Source: Lama glama | Taxonomy: Eukaryota | Assembly: GCA_028534125.1 (NCBI GenBank) | Contig: CM052816.1 | Span: 68,822,001 to 68,886,000, forward strand | Reading direction: 5' to 3' | DNA: 64,000 nt | Part shown: positions 11,601 to 21,629 of the stretch, piece by piece | Layout of the letters: each line of letters starts with the position of its first letter | How positions within the stretch are numbered: the stretch's first letter is position 1 | Program-made: the position numbers and the translations under genes | The notes under the pieces: generated by a model | The model's input: only the letters and a program-made list of their open reading frames with translations | The model's database searches: none | What the model was told of the DNA's origin: nothing

Positions 11601-14600
11601 CAACTAAAAGAAAATTTTTTAAATAAAATATAAGGTTCTAAGTCTACATTAAAAGCAATTTTTGTTAATTTGGAATTACTCTGCTTTTTAATAAGATTTC
11701 CCAATTACCAGTAACAATAACTTTTAAGGTTACATGGTAAAGACAGGACTTTAATAGAAAAAACTAGTATTATAGTTTCCTTATGTCCCTACGTTTATAA
11801 ACTCTCACTGATAAGCAATTACACAAACTATCAGTGACCACCATCTTGTGGCAGAACAATGAAACTACAATATATCAGTCATCAGAGCAATATCTGAAAA
11901 AGACCGTGACCTAAAAACATCATTGCTACATGACTTTAGGAGCATGGGAACATAAACATCTACTCTGTGCTGGGTACTTTACCTAATTTTATTACATAAT
12001 CTTCACAACCATCCTATGATGTAAATCCCATTATTTCAAATTAACAAATTAAAAAACCAATGTCAAAGAGGTTAAGAAATTTATCCAAGACTACAGTTAG
12101 GAAAAGTGCTGAGCCAGGATCTAAGCTGAGGTTTGATTACAAAGCCCCAGCTCCTTCCACTATACTACGTGCATCTCACAGAAACTACTTATTGCTTCCA
12201 AAGCTCTTAAGGACAAACTGCCTGTTGAGTGTCATACTAGATAGTTCAAATCAAAATCCCGTTTATAACACCAATTTACTATATACTGTTTGTGCTTACC
12301 TCATGTGTACACCCCTCAACAGTTTCAACTGATTGTACCTTGACCCTGGGCATCAAGTCTGCCAAACTTAAAAAAAAAAAGAAGTTTAAATTACACTAAA
12401 ATAAATTACTGAGAATTAGATACGCCGAGAATTCAAAATGGTCAGTTAGCATCTTTTATTACAAATACAAAACAAACAGACTCCAAGTGGATAATTCAAA
12501 GAATTATGTCAGCTTAGTTTCACTATTTTGAATAAAGTACCTCTCCAACACATTTTCACTACTTCAAAACAGTAAGCTGTTTATTAAAACCATTACATGA
12601 TAGGAAGTATAAAATAAACTACCCTAGTACAAATTTTTCTATAATCCATAGAAGTGCTCCCTATTCGCATCAAAATCCTAAATTACATTTATTTAGGTTC
12701 TCTGTTTGGACTCTGAAGGAACATGACTGTGGATAAGCTGAGACAAAACAGATGAATTTCTGCACTAGATTCTTTATTCTCTTATTGATTATACTTTCGA
12801 TTTTTACTTTAAATCAATAACCATACTTTGGATAAAACCCAAGGGTTACTATAGTAAGCAACAATGATTTTAAATTGTCAATATTATTTTGTAACCTGTT
12901 CCATTAGCTTGGACAAATGGTGCATCTTAAACATCACAGTGACATATCTACCACCAGTTACAGTAGCTACTTTTGCTAGCTACAACAGCTAACTGGTTAA
13001 AAAAAAAAAAAAGGAATAAATTCTTCCTCCTAGTGCCAAGCTAGAATATGGCAAAGAAGGGAAAAGCAGTTTTGACCATCACTACAATAGGAACCAGGTC
13101 AACCTAAGAAATGGGCATGAATTTCCAGAAAGTTCCAACTTTCAAAATCAGAGAGATACCAGCTATTTCAGACACAGATATTTACGGGTCTCCCTGACTC
13201 TTGAGATTTATAACCACTCTACTGCTACATGCAATAGTGAAAATCTAATTCCTCCTAATGTTCCTTCTCACTTATTCCTTCCATTGGATCAGTTTCATTC
13301 TTTCCTTTTATCCCACTCTTCTAGTGATCTTCTTCTTGGGACATTAACAAATAAAGGAAATGTGTCATCTCTTTTTTAAAAAAATCAGGCTTCAAGATTC
13401 TTTATAAAATTGGATTCTAAAGTACTAAAAGATTAATCTTTTCTATATTGTTTTCCATTTCCTCAAACTTAAATAAATGTTCTACATTTATGTTTGAATG
13501 AGTATAAATAAGATAAAGAATATTTATCTCCATTTCTCTAATTCAGCAAATACTTTAACTATATAACACTATATAAGCAATTTTCAAAACTTCAGGCAAC
13601 CACCTAACTTAAGAGTTACTAATATTTACCTTAAGTCTTCCGTTACTGACTCTTCTACCCTAGATTTCTTTCCAAAAAAGGGTTCATCTGTGCCCTCGAA
13701 GTCTGCATCTCTCTTGGTTTTTCCAATGTTAGTTGACTCAGATTGTAGTTTACCATCAAAGTGTTTTCTGAAAAGTAGACAGTTTAGAATGAATTCCACA
13801 GTATCACTTCTTCCTGGTGACTCCATAAAATATTATTCTAAATATAATATACACTCTTAACAGAAAAACGCATATAAAGAGATGTTACAAATCAAATTGG
13901 TTAAAGCTCAGGATATCGTAATCTCAACTAATGAAACTGAGCACTACTCCTTTCTCATTTTATATTTCCTTGGAAATTGTTTTAAAAATATTCTGCAACC
14001 CACGTTAACATAACTATTAACATAATACTCTTAAAATTGTGAAATATGGTTAGACATTTACATGTGCTCCTTTAATAAACATTTAATGCTTTCTCTAATG
14101 ACATGACATTACTATTTGAGAGAAAATTGTTTTGTGTGGTTGAATTCACTGGTTGAAAGTAATGATAAATGGTGCTTCGTGGACTGGATAGCCAAAGGGG
14201 AATTCAATCTGACCCCTACCCTCATCATACACAAAAATCAATATGGATATTAGATATAATTGTGAAAGACAAAAACAAGAAAGCCTCAAGAAAATAAAAT
14301 GAGAAAATTATCTTTGTTTTATTAAACATGACATACAATTATCAACCAAAAAGTTAAGTTTGACAAATTGGACTATACTAAAACTAAGAAACTAAGAATT
14401 TCTGAAGATTGAAACTAAGAATTTCTGTAGATTGAAAACAGATTCACAGACATAGAAGACAAACTTATGGTTACCAAAAAGGAAAAAGGGGATGTGGGGG
14501 ACAGGGATAAATAAGGATTTGGGGATTAACTGATATACACTACTATATATAAATAAACAAGAACCTACTGTATAGCATAGGGAACTATATTCAATATTTT

Positions 14601-17600
14601 GTAACAATCTATAATGGAAAAGAATCTGAAAATTATAAATATATATATAACTGAATCATTTTGCTGTACACCTGAAACTAACATTTCAACAATTATAACA
14701 ACATTGTAAATCAACAATACTTCAACTTAAAAAAAATATTAAAAGAAAGTTTTTATGTGAATCAAAAGGTACCTTTAGGGGAGTAAGGAGTGGGAGAAAA
14801 CACACATTTAACTCACAAAAGGCATACATTTCTAAAATACTGGAGGTAAAGGCTACAAATTAAAAAAAAAGACAAAACAATTTAAAAATGAGTAAAAGAC
14901 TTGAACAGGCACTTTAAAAGATATATTCAAATGGTCAATAAGCATTTGGAAAGGAACTCAAAAACCATTAATTATGAAAATGTAAATGAAAGCAGACTAT
15001 ACGAGATCAGTGGATCTTAAATTTTTGATCTCAGAATCCTTTTCCAGTCTAAAAATTATTGAAAATTCCAATGAATTTTATGTAGTTCCATTATTGATAC
15101 CTACCATATTAAACATTAAAATTGAAAACAATTTTAATTTACTTACCCATTTAAAAATGGCAATAATAAAACTATTAGAAGTTAACATAAATTAACACTT
15201 TCGATTAAAAATAGTACTTTACAAAAATAATTTTTTAATGAGAAGAGTGGCATTGTTTTATATTTTTGCAAGACTTTTTAATGTGGCTTCACAAAGGGCA
15301 GCTGGACTCTCATATGTTTCTACATTCAACTTGTTGTGATACACTTTTTAGCTGAAGTATATGAAGAAAAATCCAGTCTCAAACAGACATACAGCTGAAA
15401 AAAAGCAGACTTTTCAGATAATTGTGAATACTCCTCTAATTCCACAACAAAATTCAATCATACTTTGAGAAGTACTGCTAGAGGTACAGTCACGAATTTT
15501 ACAAACATGTTGAGCAAAAGCCAGACATAAAAAAAATATTGTGTTTGAATCTATTTACATTATATTTACAAACAGAAAAAAACTAACATACGTGGGTCAT
15601 CAGACTGGTCACTGTTCTGGAGAAAAACAAGATTTTATGCAATATTCTATTTTTTTGTCCTGAATGACGGTAACACTGGCATGTTCATGCTATAAAAATT
15701 CATCCTATGACTTTCCCACTTTTCTTTATATGTTTTATTTCAATAGACATTTTTTAAAAAGAGTAACAGATAGTAGTATTGATCTATATGTTTGAACACT
15801 TCCATAATGAAATTTATTTTTTGATGTTTAGCAAAACCTGAAATTTGTAAATCCTCTCATTACCAATTTAGTGAAATAGATATTCATATTTGTTCCATAT
15901 TACTTACATTACTCCTTTGGACAAGCCATCAATACCCTTGGGCCTCAGTAAAATAAGACATTTGGATGATAACTAAGATCCCTCTAATTCTAAAATTTTA
16001 TTATTCTACGTCTGAATTAGTAAGCATCAACCAAATTATGGTAATTAAAACCTGCGAGGAGTCAGTGACAACTATAAAACAAAGAAACATATAGTTCCTA
16101 TACCTCTGAGAAGCTTTAAACCTGAATTAATGATAGAATATTTTCCATTAGAAGACCTCTATCATTCTTTAATACTGTATTCAACTGTATCCTTATCTAA
16201 ACAACTGAACCTGAACCTAATCAAGTCTCTACATCGGCGCTATCCAAGATATATACATGCCAACTACCTATGTGATTTTAAATTTATAGTAACATTAAAA
16301 TAGTTTAAAAAGAAACTAATTTTAATATATTTCATTTAGCCTAAAACATAAAATATTATTTCAGCATATCATCAAGATAAAAATGAGATATTTTACATTG
16401 TTTATATTATCTTCAAAATATGGTGTATATTTTACACTCACAGCATACCTCAATTACGATTAGCTACGTTTAAGTGCTCAATAGCTACAGGTGGGTAGTA
16501 GCTATATTACAGGAGTTGCCTCCTTATCTGCAGTTTTTGCCTCAGAAAGCAAGGTCAACTGATGTCCAAAAAGATTAAATGGAAACTTCCAGAGATAAAG
16601 AATTCATAAGTTTTAAATTGGGCACCTTTCTGAGTAGCATGATGAACTCTTTTTGCATTCCTGCTCCATTCTGCATGGGACATGAATCATCCCTTTGCCC
16701 ACAGTATCCAGCCTGTTAGTCACTTAGTGGCTGTCTAGGTTATCAGATCACTGTCATGTTATGGCAGCACTTGTGTGCAAGTAACCCTTCTTTTACTTAG
16801 TATCGGCCCCAAAGTACAAAAGTAGTGATGCCAGCAATTTGACGTGTCAGAGAGAAGCCATAAAGTGCTTACTTTAAGTGAAAAGGTGAAAGTTCTTGAC
16901 TTAAAAAGGAAGGAAAACAACTATTGCTGAGGTTGCTAAGATCTACAGTATGAACGAATCCTTTGAAATTGTGCTAGTTTTGCTGTTGGACCTCAAACTG
17001 CAAAAGTTACAGCCACAGTGCACAAGCACTTAGTTAAGATGGAAAAGGCATTACATTTGTACAATAAGGTATTTTGACAGAGGGGCCACATTTATATAAC
17101 TTTTATTGTAGTATATTGCTGTAATTGTTTTATTTTACTATTAGTTATTATTGATCTCTTACTATGCCTAATTTACAAATTATGCATTATTTTAAGAATG
17201 CGTGCATAGGAAAAAACATACTGTAAATAGTATGGTACCAACTTGGTACTATCCATGGTTTCAGGCATCCACTGGGGCTCTTGAAATCTATTCCCCTCAG
17301 ATAAGGGGGACTATACACATAGGACAGTTCAGCTCTAGATATAAAAACAGTTTACAGTAAATACTTGAGGGTAGAGACGCTAGTTAATTGACAGCATAAG
17401 AAAGCAAATTCAGGATGTGGGAAACTATAATAGGACAAATGAGCTGATTTTGTCTCTCATCCACCCCTCCAAAAGAAATCAATGACATAAGGAAAAAAGA
17501 GGGACACTGTTGTAAAATAAAAGACTTAGGGGATTTAACAACCAATATAGTATATGGGCTTTGTCCTGATCCTGATTCAAATAAACCAACTACAAAAGAA

Positions 17601-20600
17601 AATACCTTTGAGACAACTGGGGAAATTTCACCCTGGATTGACTATTCAATGACATTAAGGAATTACTGTAAATTTTGTTGGGTATAACAATGACATGCCA
17701 GTTATGTTGGAAAAGAAAGTTATTATCAACAAGAGATGCACACTGAAATATTTAAGAAGAAATAACATAATTAGTAGCATTTGATTTACAAAAAAGAGGT
17801 GTGGGGGTAGACTGACCATGACTTGATACTACTGAAGCTGAGTTATGCATACATGAAGTTCTTCATATTATTCTCACTCTCTAGACAATTCTCATAATAT
17901 AAAGTTTTTTAAAGAGCATCTATTTAGCCTAGAATATTGAATACATAACACAAGATCCTCTGAAGTTCCATGATTCGTCCTCCTTTGTATTATACAAATT
18001 AGATGAAAATCTTGATACATATAGATTATGATAAGAATAATAATTATGATAGTATGATAGTTGGAATCAGCCAAATTGGATTTTTCCCAAAAAATACCTA
18101 GAGGTCTAGCTAGAAGTGTTGGTAGTAAACAAAGTCCCTTAAGTTAGTCATGATCTACACTTTCTTATGTATTTCCCTTCTCTAACGTTCACATATTTCC
18201 TAGTAAAGTTAAAATATAGATTAGATTTTTTTATATCCTACAAACTTTCACTTTGGAAGGCTGTGGAAAACAGCTTACCCCAAATACACTGTAAAGTGAA
18301 TTTTATCCTGGTAATTTTAAAGCCAAGTATTTACCACAGTAGGAAATTATATATGTATTGTGTTCAAACTACAGCAATTATTAAATATTCCTGTTTGGAA
18401 AAAAATAAAAAGAATCTGTCCTCTGTTCTCATTTTCCCTGAAAAGTTCTCCAAAACTACTACAGCCTCTAACTCAATGAGAAAGACTTTTTCTCCTGTTT
18501 CATTCTTACTTATGTGTCATTTCACACTCCTAATTATCCTGCTACCCTTCAAATCTTTATGTTACGTGTAGGAAAACTGTACTTTCTCACAGGAATCTCT
18601 ACTTCAAGCAGTACCAATTCAAATAACATCCAAATATATACCTACAGTTTGCCTATTTCTCCAAACTCAGATTAAAATTGCCCAACAGATTAAAATTGCC
18701 CAATGCATATATCTGGAGAAAACTCTAATTCAAAAAAATACATGCACCCCAGTGTTCACAGTAGCACTATTTACAAGAGCTAAGACACAGAAGCAACCTA
18801 AATGTCCATCAACAGATGACTGGATAAAGAAGTTGTGGCATACACATACATACATGCGCGCGTGCGCACACACGCGCGCGCGCACACACACACACACAAA
18901 CAATGGAGTGCTACTCAGCCATAAAAAAGAATGAAATAATGCCATTCACGGCAACATGGATGGACCTAGAGATTATCATACTAAATGATGTAAATCAGAC
19001 AAAGAAAGACAAATATATGATATCACTTATATGTGGAATCTAAAAAAATGACACAAATGAACTTATTTACAAAACAGAAAGAGACTCACAGACATAGAAA
19101 ACAAACTTATGATTACAAGAGGAGGGGAAGGATAAATCAGGAGTTTGGGATTAGCAGATATAAACTACTAAATATAAAACAGATAAACAACAAGCTCATA
19201 CTGTACAGCATAGGGAACTATATTCAATAGCTTGTAATAACCTATAATGAAAAAGAATAAATATTTATGTAAAACTCAATCACAATGTTGTACACCAGAA
19301 ACTAACACATTGTAAATCAACTATACTTCAATAACAATTTTTAAATTAAAAAATATTGTCCAGATACTTCAATATACTACCATCACTTCACTTTGTCTCA
19401 AGCCAAATTAATTTTATTTCTAAATCAAAATCTTCCCTAAATTTCCCATTTTTCTTCTCCCTGACATTAAAATTCAAAATGTATCTTTTGACCCCCTTTC
19501 CATTGTTGACATTAAGGCCTGTCAGTTTTTTCCTTCACAACATTTTATAGCTTTCTTTTTCCTTCCCGCTGCCACCTCCTGAGTTGAGGTTCTCATAATC
19601 ACGTAATTCAATAACTTAAATATTTTTTAATTTACTTTTACTATCAGTGTCTCTACTCTTTTAATACACTGACCACCACTACCAAATTAATTTTCCTTAA
19701 CTATCACTCTACTTATCCAATCACCAAGTTGGCAAAACAAAAACAAAATGTTCACCAGGGTTTTGAAATGAAATCAAAACTCATCTGCTTGCTGTTCAAG
19801 GTCCTTCATAATCTAAAACCAATTTATATTCTGTCTTACTTCTTGTAGTCCATAAGCAAACACTCCCTATAGCTCAATTTGTGCTACTCAAAAAATTCTC
19901 AGCAGCAGTAAAGAATCACCTCCTCAGCTCAAAATACCCTCTTCCATGAAGGCTCTCTAGACATCACAGATATTCTTTCTTTAACTTACACAGCACTTAA
20001 CTCTGTATACAGCTTACTGTATTTCAATCTTGTACTAACTCTTTAAACTATCTGTTCTACCACCTTACCTTAACTAAAAATTCTTTGAGAGCAAAATCAG
20101 GTCTAATTTTACTGAAGCATCTTTTCGGTATCTCCCCCAATGTCAATAGTAAATTTTATTCGTGATTAATGAATCATCTTCCTTTTAATTCAAGTGGTAG
20201 TTTTTCCTTGTTTTGCTATGAACAATTCTGTACACTTTTTAGTGGTTACGTATGTTTAGCAACCAATAATTTTAAAAAAATCTTTTTAATAAACTCAGAG
20301 AAAACCAACATTTAAGAACTTATTATGTACTGGACACAGTTTGGCACTTTATCTCATTTAATCCTCACAAAAACCTAGTGGTTAGCATTCATTATAGGCA
20401 AAAAAAAACTGGAGCATGGAGATTAAATTTCTCTACCTTCTGTTGGTCCTTGCCCTGTCCTCTCCAAATCAGTCCAAGTCACTTTTTCTAAGCTGCTTAA
20501 CCCTTTACTCAACTGATTGTTCGTTTTGTGTATTAAAGGCTCTGGCCTGGGTATTATTCTGGTGTTAGGGGTACAGAAGCTAAAAAATAGCTTATCTGCC

Positions 20601-21008
20601 CTCACGACTCCACCGCGCAGACAGGGGTAGACTCCCGCCTAACGAAAGGGAAATGCCGCGTCAGAAGCTCATGCTGACTGCGGCCAAACGGGCAACACCA
20701 AAACCCCGTTTCCTCAAACCAACATTCTTCCACCCTCTTCGACATTTTTCTCAAATTCCTTCACTTCTTACGCCACTCAAGTACTCCCCACTTTCTCGTG
20801 GTCTTCAAAAGAGGATCGGGTTTTCCTTCCCCAGCACTGAGATGGAAAAAAGATACCTTGGATATCATCCTTACCCAGCCTTTTCCGCAGACCCTGATGG
20901 CCCCTTCCACCTCCCTTTCTCCTTTTCTTTGTCTTTTTTGGTTCCGGGCGCAGCGGTCGAGTCGTCCTCGAACACGCTGAAGAGCTCATCCCCGAAAGCG
21001 TCCGCCAT
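8535..21008 (-). CDS. MTREX: Exosome RNA helicase MTR4 (Ski2-like DExH), 5' part; coding exons 1-5 joined, gene continues beyond position 1
   Basis: Exons of 134+138+67+63+113 nt with GT-AG boundaries splice in frame to [16 protein letters not shown]...[13 protein letters not shown], recognisable as the MTR4 N-terminus through motif I (AHTSAGKT). Confidence 0.97.
9557..9619 (-). CDS. MTREX: MTREX exon 4
   Basis: catcag acceptor; [21 protein letters not shown]; donor AAG|gtctgt. Confidence 0.95.
10234..10404 (+). mobile_element. tRNA-Ala-derived SINE (vic-1-like) with TSD
   Basis: A and B boxes; TSD aagattagctgt at 10219-10230 and 10405-10416. Confidence 0.88.
11311..11629 (+). mobile_element. 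5'-truncated, relatively young L1 3' end with TSD
   Basis: Ends gctatacaccagaaattgacacactgtaactgactgtacttcaa; flanked by ataaggttc on both sides. Confidence 0.85.
12300..12366 (-). CDS. MTREX: MTREX exon 3
   Basis: poly-T plus aag acceptor; [22 protein letters not shown]; donor GAG|gtaagc. Confidence 0.95.
13630..13767 (-). CDS. MTREX: MTREX exon 2
   Basis: ttttcag acceptor; [45 protein letters not shown]; donor AG|gtaaat. Confidence 0.96.
14165..15000 (+). mobile_element. Old L1 ORF2 relic interrupted by a younger L1 3' end (about 14432-14740)
   Basis: cacagacatagaagacaaacttatggttacc...gctgtacacctgaaactaac. Confidence 0.75.
15008..15480 (-). mobile_element. Charlie1-type hAT DNA transposon relic
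   Basis: cagtggatcttaaatttttgatctcagaatcc at one end and ctttgagaagtactg at the other. Confidence 0.7.
16510..17313 (+). mobile_element. MER44/Tigger7-type element inserted in a MER33-like hAT MITE (about 16235-17338)
   Basis: Termini cag...ccttatctgcag and cagataagggggacta flanked by TA; host continues ggacagttcagctctag. Confidence 0.8.
18704..19345 (+). mobile_element. 5'-truncated L1 3' end (artiodactyl-type)
   Basis: catgcaccccagtgttcacagtagcactatttacaa...tacaccagaaactaacacattgtaaatcaactatacttcaat. Confidence 0.88.
18838..18898. repeat. Compound (CA/CG/TA) alternating purine-pyrimidine microsatellite
   Basis: 61 bp of uninterrupted R/Y alternation. Confidence 0.93.
20875..21008 (-). 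CDS. MTREX: MTREX coding exon 1
   Basis: ATG (cat at 21006-21008); [45 protein letters not shown]; donor GG|gtaagg. Confidence 0.96.
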
Positions 21009-21015
21009 CTTCCGG
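21002..21015 (-). promoter_or_regulatory. Overlapping ETS (CCGGAA) and YY1 (AAGATGGCGG) motif covering the MTREX start codon
   Basis: Minus strand reads CCGGAAGATGGCGG. Confidence 0.6.
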
Positions 21016-21451
21016 AGCTGTGAGACCTAATCTCCCTCCTACCCACGATGCTCCGCGACCGCACCGCCAGTGACGCCAAAGGAAGCCTCAACAGGGGCCC
21101 GTGGGAGACAAAATTAGTCAAATCACACGGCGGCTGAGGGTTCTTCCTTCCCTTCTTTTTCTCCTCCGATCTTTCCTTTTCTCTCCAAACACTAGTAGAT
21201 GGGTAGCTCCGTGGCTAAAGAGAGTATGCAGCAACGATGCCGGCACACAGCAGACACCTAGAGAGACGGTGAGAAGGCGGGACCTTGGTGATCTGGACCA
21301 ATTGCGAAGCTGCGGTCTTCTAGGCCCGAGAAGCCCGGATGGAGGACGCGCGGTGGCGGCGTGGGACCCGGGGAATGTGAAGCGCTCAGGAAGCGGTGCG
21401 GGAGCTGTTCCGGGACTTGGACTTGGAGGAATCTTCTGCCGCAGCTGCAAC

Positions 21452-21629
21452 ATGGGCAAGAACAAGAAACATAAGGCGCCGGGGGCTGCGGCTGTCCGGG
21501 CCGCCGTCTCTGCTTCCAGAGCCAAATCCGCCGAGGCAGGAGCTGCCGGGGAGGCCCAAAACAAGAAGCCTGTGGCCAGGCCGTCCCCCGCTGCCGCTGC
21601 CAGCACCAGGGAGCCCCGAGTCAAGCAAG
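21452..21629 (+). CDS. DHX29: DHX29 coding exon 1
   Basis: caacATGg strong context; [25 protein letters not shown]...EPRVKQ; donor G|gtatga. Confidence 0.95.
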
